Shown piece after piece: positions 13,178 through 26,112 of a DNA stretch of 64,000 nucleotides. The notes beneath the pieces were generated by a model. It was not told the DNA's origin. It did no database searches and saw nothing but the letters and a program-made list of their open reading frames with translations. The position numbers and the translations under genes are program-made. The stretch comes from Callorhinchus milii (taxonomy: Eukaryota): the NCBI RefSeq assembly GCF_018977255.1, contig NW_024704743.1, forward strand, positions 44,146,001-44,210,000, written 5' to 3'. How positions within the stretch are numbered: position 1 is the first letter of the stretch; every line of letters begins with the position of its first letter.

Positions 13178-13995
13178 TGGTTGAATTTCTTGCAAATAAA
13201 TGACGACAAGATGGAAGCCATACCACTTCGCTCCCTTCAATGTCTTGTGTCCTTCGGCTCTGACCTCCTCAACCTCCCTGGTCTATCCCTCAGACTTACC
13301 GAATCAGTGTGCAACCTAGGCATCCGTTCTCTGACCAGGACTGCCTTCCTTCACCTCCGCCACATTGCCCAGCTTTGACCGTACCTTACCCCAAATGCAA
13401 ACAAAGCACTCGTCCATGTGTTCGTCACCTCCCACCTCGGCTATTCAAATGCCCTCCTCGCCGGTCTCCCCAGCTCCACCATACACAAAATCCAGCTGAT
13501 CCAAAACTCTGCCCACATACTCACCCACACTAAACTCCTACCCTACCATACCAGTCCTTGCCAGGCTCTACTGTCTCCCTATCATTGAAAGGATCGATTT
13601 CAAGATCTTCACACTTGCTTCCAAATTCCTTCATGCCCTGGTGCCCCCAACCTCTCTGAACTTCTTACCCCCCAACCCACAACACGCTGCCTCCGCTCGA
13701 CTGTCTCCAGCACTCTGCATGTCCCTTGTGCCGGCTGTTCCACCATCAGTAGCCGCACTTTCAGCCACTACGCCTGAACCTCTGGAACTCTCTTCCTCTA
13801 TCCCTCTGCCTTGCCCCTTCCTTCCCCATCTTCAATCGTGCCTGAATACCTTCCTATTCAACTTTACCTATAGTCACCTCCTCCCCCCCCCAGGTTAGCA
13901 CTGTGTTCTGCTATTGTCAAGCGCTTGGGATGCTGCCCTGCATGAGGGGCACTATATAAATGTAAGTTGTTGTTGTTTTGTTGTTGTTGTTGTTG
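13178..13995 (+). mobile_element. Older L2 LINE 3' fragment
   Basis: NFLQINDDKMEAI...NLG...AFLHLRHIAQL, and the tail ggcactatataaatgtaagttgttgttg. Confidence 0.85.
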
Positions 13996-15274
13996 AAGTC
14001 CAGCAGTACCGCACACACATTCTGAGCTCCCTAAACCTTGGCTCTCACCGACTTGAACGTGTTACTCTCTGGAATTAGGTAAACAGTCTGTATGTTCCAG
14101 AGGGAGAGTGCACATTCCATTCCAGACACTGGGAAATTTCCATGTGTAAGTGGCATATCTATGTTGAACTCTCAGCCTGGTTTGGATACTCTTAAGCAAT
14201 TGGCACATGTTTCCTCATTTGGCAGGTACATGGCTGACCCCCAAAAAATGTTAGATGTTCTGTGAGTCAAATTCTGCTACATTAATACTTTCCTTTTAAA
14301 ATTAACAACTATTATTTGGCATTTAGTAATTATCTCTGTTATAGTGGAGTTCCGTTAGCAGAGTACCTTGCACTGGGTTGACATTGTGTTGTTTATATCA
14401 GCAGGAAAATGATTGCATGGTTGGAAAGTAATTATTAATACAGGATAAAATATTCAATGCAAATGAAAAATCTACCCCTGGGAATTTCATGCCATCATTA
14501 CACAAACTTAATTTACATTACACAATGTAAATCTCCTAGACATGTTTCGATCTACTGTATTTGCAATGGAGTTATTTTAGAGGAATCAAAAATAATGACA
14601 AATGCATTATTGCCTCTCCAATCCTGGAATATTAATCTGTGTCAAATGTTGGTAGCAAAACAAAATCCTTATGTGACTTATGTTTGCAAATTGTGATTAC
14701 ATTTTGCAATATTTAAAAAGAGTTATATCACAAAATGTGATTACATGTTTTGATATTTAGAAAATGAGCAGCAATATATTTTGTGATCTATTTGTATTTC
14801 GTCATATTTAGAAAAGGGGGCAAATTTACATTACAGATTTCGAATATATTTTGTTATATTTAGAAATGTAACAGAGAATAAAACTATCAAAATATGAAGA
14901 TGGTTTCAGATTTATTACCCAGATCAATGTAATGAAAACACAAGACTAAATTGCATGTTAAATTTTCGCTTTCAATGGAATAAAAATGACTTTGGAGAGT
15001 CCACCAAGGAGCAATGCAATGCACAGCTAGGGGAGCATATGCGCGAGGAAAACCTAATGCATAATTGTAGAGAATTTCGCAACTGTGTACTTTAGATAAT
15101 ATCTCCCTCCAGAGACTTTTTTTTAACTGCTACAGCATAAATTAGAGTTTCATAATCCCCAGCAGGCACTTCAAAATACTGAAGGAGCATTGCAAAAGTG
15201 AAAGTTGGCAACGGTCCAGCAGCAGATTTGGCTGGTCCATGTTAAAACGTAGCACTCCACACTCAGCTCCAGAA

Positions 15275-16925
15275 AATCATCGTTCTACTCCAAGATATTC
15301 TTGGAGGCGAAGGATAACCCAAGGCTCCTATTCTCCAACACCAACCGGCTCCTCCGTCCACCCTCCCAGCTCTCGCCCATTCTCTCCTAAAACTATGACT
15401 GTGAGGAGATGCTGGATTTCCTCGAGTCCCAAATCAAGGGGATCCATCCCTTCCTTCTAACTACCAGCCCATCTCCAATTATCTATCAATTTCTAACTAT
15501 CTCCAACCTCCCTTTTCCCTCCAAGTTCCTTAAAAGCGTCATTACTTCCCAGCTTTGCTCATTATTCTTCTCCTACCAGCCCCTCCAATTGGGTTTCCAT
15601 GCTGCTTACAGGACGGAAACTGCTCTGGTCAAGGTGCCAAACAACATCCTGTCCATCTGTGACCAGGGCTCCCTCTGCCTCCTCATCCTCCTCGACCGCT
15701 CTGTTTCCTTCAATACAGTGGACCACTCCATCCTCCTCCACCACCTCTCCTCTTACCCCAACCTTCAAGGTTCTGTTCTTGAATGGTTCAGGTCTTATCC
15801 CTCACATTGTCTCCAATTTGTCTTCAGCAACGGTTTTTCTTCCAGCCCCCGCACAGTCTTGTGTGGCATTACTCAGGGTTCTGTCCTTGGTCCCCTCCTC
15901 TTCAATATCTATATGCTCCCCTGGCGACATCATCCGCAGACATGGGGTGAACTCCACGTGTATGCTGATGACACCCAACTGTATCTCTCTGCCTCCACCC
16001 TCAACCCAGGACCACTGCTGTCCTGACAGACAGTCTGATATCAAGTCCTGGATGAGAGCCAACTTTCCACCACTGCATGTCAGCAAACCCGAGGATCTCC
16101 TGATTGGCTCGCACAAGCGCCACTGCACCTCAGGCGCTGACAGCATTAGCATCCATGGATACACAGTCCACCTCACCAAGCCAGTCAGGAACCTTGGCGT
16201 CTTGTTTGACCCTCAACTGTCCTTTCCCCCCCATATCCTTGCCTTGAACCGCTCTGCCTTTCCACACCTCCGCAACATTGCCCGACTCCGCTACTGCCTT
16301 ACCCCTCAGGTGGCCAAAACCCTCATACAGGCATTCATCACCTCAAGGCTCGACTACGGAAACTCCCTCCTTGTTGGCCTCCCCAACTCTTCCCTCCACA
16401 AGCTGCAGATCATCCAGAATTCTGTAGCTCATGTCCTCTCCCACACCAGGCTCCGTGACCCCACTATCCCCACCCTCGCCCGGCTCCACTGCTCCCCATC
16501 CCTCAGAGGATAGAATTCAAAATCCTCATCCTTGCTTTCAAGGCCCTCAATGGCCTTGCCCCCTCCTACATCTCTGACCTGCTGACCCCCTATCAACCTG
16601 TCCGCTCCCTCCATTCAGCAGGCTCCAGCCTGCTCCATGTCTTCCACTCGACCCGCCCTACCATTAGCGGCCGGGCTTTCAGCCTCTCTGTCCCCATTCT
16701 TTGGAACTCCATCCCACAATTCCTTCTTCTCTTTGCTCCCTCTCTTGCCTCCTTCAAGGCACGACTCAAGACCCTCCTTTTCGGCTGTGCCTTCAGCTGC
16801 CCTCCTACCCCTCTGCCCTCCCTCATCCCAACTCTCCCCTGCATGCTCGGGTCCTGATCCCGGACTCTTCAGCGCCTTTCCTCCTGACGTGAAAGGCACT
16901 TTACAAATGCAATTTTGTTGTTGTT
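15275..16925 (+). mobile_element. L2 LINE with RT core, frameshifted
   Basis: TETALVKV, GITQGSVLGPLLFNIYM, YADDTQLY and SRLDYGNSLL, followed by an L2 tail. Confidence 0.95.
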
Positions 16926-17011
16926 TGAAAGTGTTAATTTTCTCCAGTACATCATATAACAGAAGCAGCTTTCCCAAGAATACAACAACACTGGCTCCAC
17001 TGGCTAAGAGT

Positions 17012-17425
17012 TTACATTTGTAAAGCGCCTTTCACAACAACAACAACAACAACAAGATTCCATTTATAAAGCGCCTTTCACGTCAGGAGGACGTCCCAAG
17101 GCGCTGTAATTTTCACATCGGGAGGACATCCCAAGATACTGGACATTCAGGGATTTGGACCCGTGCAGGGGTTTGGAATCAGGGGTGGTGGAGGGCAAGG
17201 AGGGTAGCGATAGGAGTGTGGCCGAAGGCATGGTCGAAGAGGAGGGTCTTGAGACATGTTTTAAAGGAGGCAAGGGAGGGAGCAAGATGAAGGGCCTGGG
17301 GAATGGAGTTCCAAAGGGTGAGAGCAGAGAAGCTAAAGGCCCAATCGCCGATGGTAGTGCGGGCCGGGCGGGGGATGTGGAGTAGGCCAGAGCCTGCTGA
17401 GTGGAGGGAGCATCAGGTTGATATG
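17012..17425 (-). mobile_element. L2 3' fragment with a second, younger L2 tail (17037-17110) nested in it
   Basis: Two stacked tails. TTTCACA is duplicated at 17030-17036 and 17111-17117. Confidence 0.85.
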
Positions 17426-17574
17426 GGGATCTGTTGATATACAATTCTAAAATCACAGAAATTATGGGATGTAAAAATACAATGAGGAGCAATTTCACAT
17501 GGGTCTAGATTTCCTTGATGTTCTTAGCATTTCAGAACATGCAGAATTTAGCAAACTCTTAAATACAGTCTTGC

Positions 17575-17895
17575 CCACATGCTCTGACACCTCCCTATCT
17601 CTCCGATCTGCTTACTCCCCAACCCACTATCCGCTGCCTCCGCTCGACTGGCTCCGACCTCTTGCATGATGTTCGTGTCCTCCATTCCACCATTGCGCTT
17701 TCATGCCTGAGACTCTGGAACACTTTTCCTCTATCCCTCCACCTTGCCCCTTCCTTCCCCATCTTCAGATCGCACCTGAAGACCTTCTTATTTTGCCGTG
17801 CCTACGGTCACCTCCCCCTGGCTCGGCATTGTGCTCCGTCACTGACAAGCTCTCTGGGACACTACCCTGCGCTATATAAATGCAAGTTGTTTTTC
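17575..17895 (+). mobile_element. Old L2 3' fragment inside a palindromic MITE-like element
   Basis: RLWNTFPLSL...FRSHLKTFLF, and the tail gcgctatataaatgcaagttgtt. Confidence 0.75.
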
Positions 17896-18295
17896 GTTGC
17901 TTTCAAAGTAAAGGCTAAATTCAACAATTTGCCAAATTCTGCACACTCTGAAATGCTAAGAATAAATCTAAACCCCAAATTTATAGAGTCAACATGATAT
18001 TTATCACTTGAAATCCATTTTATAAACAGCAGACTGGTTTTGAGTGCGAATAGTGACATGATGTCACTACAATGGTTTGGTCTGAAGATTTAAGTGCTGC
18101 CATTGTTGTCCTTAATCAATCAATGATGAGGATTCATAGGTTATCAGTTTAACTATGTGAAGCAGCAAGCAAATAAAACAGCTCTGGGATTGGGAACAAG
18201 AATTTCAGCTGCTCAACACCAATTTAGGATGGTGACATAACATTTTGGGAATATAATTATCACCTGAAATTCTGATCTTCCTTAGCAGATTTGAT

Positions 18296-18659
18296 GGGAT
18301 AATTAGCTCAGTAGTTTGAGCACTCGCCTTGCAAGCGAGAGACCCGGGTTCGATTCCCAGCAGGGTGAAAAGTTGGGCAAGTTTCCTTATACCACACACC
18401 TCTGTTTATCTAGCTGTAAGTGGAAACCCGGTTGTCAGTCGATTGACAGATCGCTTTTCGGGTGGTAATAATTCCTTCAAAATGTTTTTAAAAGAAATTG
18501 GATGCTTAATCCATGACTGTTTGTGAGACTCATTTTGCTGTCTCGTTTCACCCATAAAATGTACAGTAAATTAATTTTACACTATATTCTATGAAGCGCT
18601 TTGAGACATCTCGAAGATGTGATATATCAAATGCAAGGATTATTGTTATTATTATTATT
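18296..18659 (+). mobile_element. Older, longer variant of the tRNA-Ala SINE
   Basis: Same head and tail as the young copies, plus about 65 bp of extra central sequence (18399-18465). Confidence 0.85.
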
Positions 18660-20249
18660 TGGGATGTGAACAACATGATGTCAGTACAACAGTTGTAATC
18701 ATTGATGTAATCCTTGAGATTCTACACCGTTTCCTCTCCAGGCTGTTATTCTCTTCTCTAAAGGAATAGCCAGAAGTGGTTGCAGTATTTCTAACTATGG
18801 CCTAACTAGGACCTTGTATAAATTTAACAACACTTTCTTATGTTTGTATTCAATGTCTTTGCATAAAACAGTAGAATCTGTTTTGACTTGATGTGGCCTT
18901 TTCTACTTACCTTTTCTAACCACTTTTAAGGATCTGCATCACTTGATCCATTCTATTCCTCAACATCATTAAAACATCATTGCCAATCACAGTATACTTT
19001 CTTTATTCTTTTCCCCCCAAATTATATATATATATAGGTGGATCTACCTATTACTCCATATAATGTTTCGAAATGAGCAGGGTACTATGGCTGTAATCAC
19101 ATTCTCCGTGAATATCTTTTGTTCATGACATTTTCTTCATATTATATTCAACATCTAACAGCAGGAAGCAGCCAGAGGCAACTGTAACAAGGACAGATGT
19201 CTCACAAGTCTGTCCCTGTTAAATACCAAGAACACCTCAAGGCATGTGGAATTTCCATCAGGAAATTCGGAAATCAGGCAAGACAGTTATTTTAAAAATA
19301 ATTCTTATATTTGATTTTTTGCAATTTGCTTTGCTTAATGTATTTTTTAACAATCCTGGTTAAACAAAGAATGGTTGAACTCTCCATTTGAATGTCTACA
19401 TACAAAAAGCATAAGAAACTTCTCTCCATTATTACCCGTGGGTGCTTTGAATCAATATGAATGAAGCTATAAATTGACAGCAGCTCTAACATACATTCCC
19501 GTATAAGCATGGGAGTCTAGCTTCAGTACTAAAACTTTTGTGGTACGACTCCTGTCTTGGTCATGAAGAGTAATAAGCAGATCGATCACAACTCTAACAG
19601 CAGTAGTTTACGTTTACAATTATCTCTCATTTGGGAGGATGTCTCAAAGTGCTTCAAACAGGTAACTAAGTTGAAGGAGGGAGGGGGTTTCTGAGGGGTG
19701 GAAGGAACGATGACCAAATGTGTCGTCTTAAGGTGGGCTTTAAAGATCGGGAGTGGGGGGAAGCTCTAGAGTGGGGGCAGAAATATTGAAATATTTCTAT
19801 TCCTATCAGCACTACCATTACTCATCATATTCCTTCCATTTAAGATTGTGTCTTATCAGAACGTTAACATTTCTCAAAGTGCTTCACATGATTTACTGGA
19901 AAATGTAGTGTCAGTGTATTTGTGGGCAAATATGGCAGTCAGTTTGAACACAACAATGTGCCACAAACAGCCATGAAGTGAGTGAGCAATTTTCTGGGGG
20001 ATTTTGGTCTGGACACCGAGAGAGATTCCTCTGGGATTATTACTTACATATATAATAATAGTCCTTGCATTCATATAGCATCTTTCGAGTTAGGAAGACC
20101 TCCCAAAGTGCTCCACAGAATACAGTGTAAAGTGTAATGACTGTTTTGTGGCAAAACAAAATATATTCATATAGACTACATTTGACCCAACCAGTCCATT
20201 CCAGTGGTTATAGTTCACATGAGCCTCCACCCATCCTAATTATTTGAGT

Positions 20250-20462
20250 TAAAGAACATAAGAACATAGAACATAAGAATTAGGAGCAGCAGTAGGCCAT
20301 TCGGCCCCCCTAGCCTGCCCCACCATTCAATAAGATCATGACTGATCTATTCTAACTCCACCTTCCCGCCTTGTCCCCATATCCCTTAATCCCTTTATCC
20401 ACGAGAAATCTATCAATCTCAGTCTTGAATATGTTCAAGGACTTTTGGGGTAGAGAATTCCA
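20250..20462 (-). mobile_element. CR1 3' end, same family as 56720-57670
   Basis: (AGAACATA)n tail and the reverse complement of FKTEIDRFLVDKGIKGYG. Confidence 0.9.
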
Positions 20463-23400
20463 TAAATAACATGTTGTCCCTGGTAAATACCAAAACCACC
20501 GAAAGACATGTGGAATTTCCACCAGGGGCAGCAAATCAGTTATTTTTAAAATAATCCTTATATTTGATTTTTTGCAATTCCTTTTGCTTAATACATTTTT
20601 CAACAATCCTGGTTAAACGAGGGATGGTTAAACTCTCCATTTTGCATACAAAAAGCATATGTAGATATCGAGTAGTTTCACTGAGTTTCACCACATAGCC
20701 CATAATCAAGCATTGGCTAAATAAAACCTTCATAACATTCAGTTATGACGTTAATGTATAAGCAGCACATTATTACTGACAACATCTGTAATAAGCAGAA
20801 ATATTTAATTGACACCGCAAATATAATAACTCATACAAACCTGTAGCTTTAAACATGTCACCGATTGAATTGATCTTTTCCTTCTGAAATGTGTGTAACA
20901 ATAAAGGGCATAGAGCAGGGAATGGGATTAAAGCAGATATCTCCCGTGAAGGAAGCTAGCAACTAGGACAAACACATGACCTCTTTGTGTGCTATAAACA
21001 TTCTGTGATTCTTTGACTCTTGGTCTGAAATATTGTCAGTTAATACAGATTACAAAACACAATCTCAGTCAGATTATTATTTCTATGTTACCATTGCACC
21101 ACATATAAAACACAGATAGCGCACATATAAATATTACATACTTGCCTAAATTGAATAAGGAATATATTCTATCTAAGTGAGTTAACAAGCTGACTAGAAC
21201 AATTTTTCTGAGCCATCAGCATTTCAAGAACAATTCAAAGAGCTGTAACCTGACACTCAGAAACATCAAGACAAGCTGTAAGGATAGAACTCACACCTAG
21301 TGATCACTGTTGAGCTTTCTGTCACAGCACCATAGAAAAGGTCTAGCTGCACTATACAGCTGGCACAATGTCAAACATCTGCACACAAGATCTCACGTTC
21401 TATGAATATCCTTTCCAAAATATCGTATGTTAGTCACATTTCAGCACAACAGCAGCAAAAACTTGCATTCATTTAGCACCCTTCTTGCAGGATAGTGTCC
21501 CAGAGCGCTACACGGTGGCAGAGTTAATCACAGATGCAATGTTATAATTACCACATCAAACCAGTTATGATTTAGCACCAATACTTAAAAAGATGTTCCC
21601 AAATACAATGTTTAAATTACTTATGACAGTGTTACACTTGTGTAAAAACAAAACTTACATTCGATACAGTGTCTTTCACGTCAGGAGGACATCCCAAAAG
21701 GCTTCACAGGATATACTGTAAAGTGGTGTGACTATGTGTTTTGTGAGCGAGCATGGTGCACTCACTTGCCTTGTGACAAAGCAGTTCAGATATTATACAG
21801 TCTCTTTCACTTGTGAAATATTGTGTTTAACAATTTCTTGTGCGGTATCTTCTATAAATTTGAAGATAATTGTTAGCTAGCATTACAACAACAACTACAA
21901 GATTACATTTGTTATAACGCCTTTCACATCGGGAGGACATCCCAAGGTGCTGGACGGTGTACAGCATGTACAGCTTAACCTAAAGTATACATGCATGGCT
22001 TATTTCCATTTTTGCCTAATCAATAACTTTCAACATCTGCATGACATTTCAAGCATGAAACACACATCAAATAAACTCAAGTCTATAAAGTCAATTTCAC
22101 GTCGATGCTAAAATGAGGTGTTGTAACAAGGGCTTCTTGGGAAACAGTTCTGTCTTGCAAGAGTTGCAGTTAATGAAGGTGCCTGAGGATCTTAAACAGG
22201 TTGTACACAACATCAAATAACTGAATGGCACAATAGCTCAAATATGGTGAGTATTTAAAGTATGAACAGTTTATTGCATTCTGGCTTCCAGGTAAAACTA
22301 ATACTTTTTTAAACTAGTCTAACCGGTTAACATTGCAAGTCTTGTTCTGTTCAATACTTGGTGTGGTACAGTAATTTTACCACACCCATTTTCAAAAAAA
22401 GAGATGTGAGAATTCCTGGCAGAATTCATCCTGCTTGCAAAACATCTTCAGAAGCAAAACAGAAACTGCTCATCGCAAATCTTCTAAACTAACAATATAA
22501 GTTGGGCTTTGGTTTGCTGAAACGAGTACGTGCTGCTGGTGCCTCTGAGCCTCCCTTGGATTACCTCAGACCGCTGTAAAACTACAAGGTTAGTGTTCAA
22601 CTAGGGGAAATAATATTCTAACATTCTAGCTGTTCAGTAGGGAATTTCAGCCACATTAATGCTTAAGTGAGTGGAGCATCCCCTTTTGGGTGTTCTTTCA
22701 AGCAGTTAGAGTTCTGAGTATGAGTTATTCTTGACCAGTGGTTTACACTGCACACTTTTTCAGCTTTTGATTTTTCCAAGCATTCATTATATGTTTGCTA
22801 CAACACAATTGTCTCACTTCTTGTTTTACATTTTCACAACCATTTTCTCTTCAGTTCTTTCTTCCATTGTAATTGCAACATAGTTCAATACTTCAGATTC
22901 ACACTAGAATGTGGATCGGAATTCTTACTCTGTTTCTGAAAATATCATAGTCTTAGCCTTACAACCACTGTAATAACATTTTAGATCATTTGTTTCAATG
23001 AGACATTTCAATTATGTGATAAGGTGCTTTATCAAATGCAAAGGTATCAAATACAAGGATTTTTAGGCGTGTTGTGAATAAATCTGTACACACAAGGAAA
23101 TTAAACACAATGGAAGAGCATTTACAATGAAAGATGCCAATGAGCCTATAAAGAATCAACGGTCAGTTGATGAAAATAAATACATGGTGCTATTTGGTAA
23201 AAACATTTTAAGAAAGTTAGGCAATTGGTTATTGTACAAATAATCCCATCTAGATCCATTGTTTTGTAGCAGGGTATATTTCTATTTGAAAGTTTGGCAT
23301 TCTAGTGGACTTGAAAGACAACAAAACTGAAATTAATAGAGGATCTATATCTCACCTGAGATGACAGATTCAGGACTGAGAGGGGGAACACATGATTGTA

Positions 23401-23539
23401 GAACAGGATTATGAGAGCTTCAATACTGACACCAGGTAGAAGAGTCAAACTTTCAACCAACAGACCTTTCTTGCAGTCCTGATAGAATCTGTCTGCTTCA
23501 GATGTTCACATTTGTTTTTCTGGTTGTTTTTCTGACTGG

Positions 23540-24556
23540 AGGGAAGTATCCAGTGGTATCTCCCAGGGATCAGTATTGGAACCACTACTGTTTTTGATCT
23601 ATATAAGTGACTTGGACTTGGGTATAGGGAGTACAATTTCCAAGTTTGCAGATGATACTAAGCTAGGAAAAGTAGTAAACAGTGAGGAGGATAGTAGCAG
23701 ACTGCAAACGGACATAGACAGACTGGTAAAATTGGCAGACACGTGTTATATGCAGTTTAATGTGGAGAAATGCAAAGTGGGATTTTGGGAGGAAGAATGA
23801 GGAGAGGCAATATAAGCTGATGGTACCATTTTAAAGGGGTGAAGAAACAGAGAGACCTGGAGGTTTATACAAGTAAATCTTTGAAGGTAGCAGGACAGGT
23901 AGATAAAGCTGTTAAAAAAAGCTTATGGGTTACAAGGCTTTATAAATAGGGGCATAGAATACAAAAGTCAGGAAGTCATGATGAACCTTTATGAACACTG
24001 GTTAGGCCTCAGCGAGAGTACTGTGTTCAGTTCTGGGCACCACACTTTAAGAAGGATGTCAAGGCAGTGGAGAGGGTGCGAAGGAGATTTACCAGGATGG
24101 TACCAGGAATGAGGGACTTCAGTTATCAGGAGAGGCTAGAGAAGCTGGGATTATTCTCCTTGGAGCAGAGAAGGTTAAGAGGAGACTTAATAGAAGTTTT
24201 CAAAATTATGAGGGGATTCGATAAGGTGAACAAGGAGAAACTATTTCCACTGGCTGGTGTGTCAATAACCCGAGGACACCGATTCAAAATAGTTGTTAAA
24301 AGAAACAGAGGGAAGGTGAGGAGAATTTTTTTTNACACAGCGAGTTGTTCAGATCTGGAATGCATTGCCTGAAAGGGTGGTGGAAGCCGATTCAATAACA
24401 CTCTCAATAAGAGAGAAGTAGATAATTATTTGGGGAGGACAAGTTTGCAAGGCTATGGGGAGAGAGCGGGGGAGTGGGATGGCTCTTTTCAAAGTGCCAA
24501 CACAGACACGATGGGCCAAATAGCTTCCTTCTGTACTGTATAACTCTATAAATTCT
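23540..24556 (+). mobile_element. CR1 LINE 3' fragment
   Basis: QGSVLEPLLFLIYISDL...KFADDTKLG, and LEKLGLFSLEQRRLRGDLIEVFKIMRG, followed by a CR1 3' end. Confidence 0.95.
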
Positions 24557-24919
24557 CTTTTTCAGTACTATGAGTTTGTAGGCTGTCAAATTGTCTTCTG
24601 AGAAACACTTGTCCACATGATATGTACACTGTTGCCACATTACTGTCGAAGAGATATGTGAAATAAATGAACACATGTGACACGTAATGATGCTACTATG
24701 TCATTATGCTTTACGCCTGCGAATCAAAATGAGACGCAGGAGGCCCCTTTCCTCATTTGTACTGTTTCTTTACTGATTTATGTAGAAACTAAAGTGGCAG
24801 CTACAAAATAACTATCTTTTACAGCAGAGGAAAAGCTGACAAGTATTGCAGCACAATGTTTTTGCAGATTCTGTGAACCATTTTGCACAACAATCCTGAA
24901 ACAAGCAGGATTGAAATTA

Positions 24920-26112
24920 CAAAAGGTAAAATACTGCAGATGCTGGAAATCTGAAATAAAACCAGAAGTCGCTGGGAACACTCAGCGGGTCAGGCAGCAT
25001 CTGTGGAGAGAGGAAAGTGAGTTAACGTTTCAGGTCAATGATCTTTCGTCAGAACTGGGGGATGTTGGAAGGGAACAGATTATAAGGACAAGCAGAGAAG
25101 GGGACAGGGAAAGAAAAAGGAAAAATTAGTTGGAGGATAACAGATGGCGAGATCAGAGATGTTCATGGTGCAAGATAAAAGATGGCAATAGTGGGAGATT
25201 ATAGAAAGAAAAGATGTGTCTGAGACCCAGAAGATGTGTGAATGGTTATAGAAGAGGGGGAGTGGGGGGAGGCAAGGCTGAGAGAAGATGGAGCTGTGTT
25301 TAAAGTCTGATGAGGTTAAAATCAATGTTGAGGCCAGAGGGCTATAAGGTGTCTAGAAGTAGGTGAAATGCTGTTCCTCGAGCTTGCGTTGTGCTTCGTT
25401 TGAACAGCGTAGGAGGCCATGGACAGAGAGGTCAGAGTGGGAGTGGGAGTGGGAAGAAGATTTAATGTGGAAACCAGAAGCTCTGGGTTGCACTTGTGGA
25501 CGATTGGAGGTGTTCGGCAAGGGGATCACCCAGTCTGTGTTTGGTCTCCCCGACGTAGAGGAGACCACATCGTGAGCAGCGAATACAGTAAACTAGGTTA
25601 GCATAAGCACATGTAAATCCCTGTCTCACCCAGAAAGAGTGTTTCAGGCCCTGGACAGTGATATCAGAGGAGGTGAACAGGCAGGTGTTGCATCTCCTGC
25701 GCTGGCATGGGAAGGTGCCGGGGGAGGGAGAGCAGGTGTTAGTGGTGATGGCGGAGTGGACCAGGGAGTCACGGAGGGAACGGTCCCTTTGTAATACTGA
25801 GAAGGAAGGGGATGCAAAAATGTGTTTCCACCACCTCCACCATTTTTGCCATTTCTGCCACCTGCAGCATGATCACTGGAGGTGGGATCATGCCAGAGGT
25901 GCTGGAAATGGCAGAGGATTATCTGTTGAACGTGGAGGTTGGTGGGGTGGAATGTGAGGACTAGAGTGACCATATCACAGTTGGGGAGGGGGGGTGAGGT
26001 GAGAAGTGCCGGAAATAGGACAGTCACGGTCAAGGGCCCTGTCTACCATGGTGGAGGGGAATCCTCGGCTGAGGAAAAAGGGGACATTTCAGAAGCTCTG
26101 GTGTGGAAGATG
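24920..26112 (-). mobile_element. Penelope-like element (PLE), 3' part with GIY-YIG endonuclease remnant and pseudo-LTR
   Basis: Minus strand 25602-25501 translates to ANLVYCIRCSRCGLLYVGETKHRLGDPLAEHLQS (GIY-YIG signature). Upstream is LVLTFHPTNLHVQQIILCHFQHL, a PLE RT/linker motif. A hammerhead motif lies in the terminal region. Confidence 0.9.
25020..25056 (-). ncRNA. Minimal type I hammerhead ribozyme motif in the PLE pseudo-LTR
   Basis: Minus strand reads AGTT CTGACGA A AGATC-ATT-GACCT GAAA CG T T AACT. This gives the CUGANGA/GAAA core, a stem II with one mismatch, palindromic ACGU in place of stem III and a 4-bp stem I (AGUU/AACU). Confidence 0.75.

Noticed and set aside
14690..14875. 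AT-rich degenerate repeats with an ATATTTAGAAA core
   Set aside because: A low-complexity decayed tandem repeat with no functional signal.
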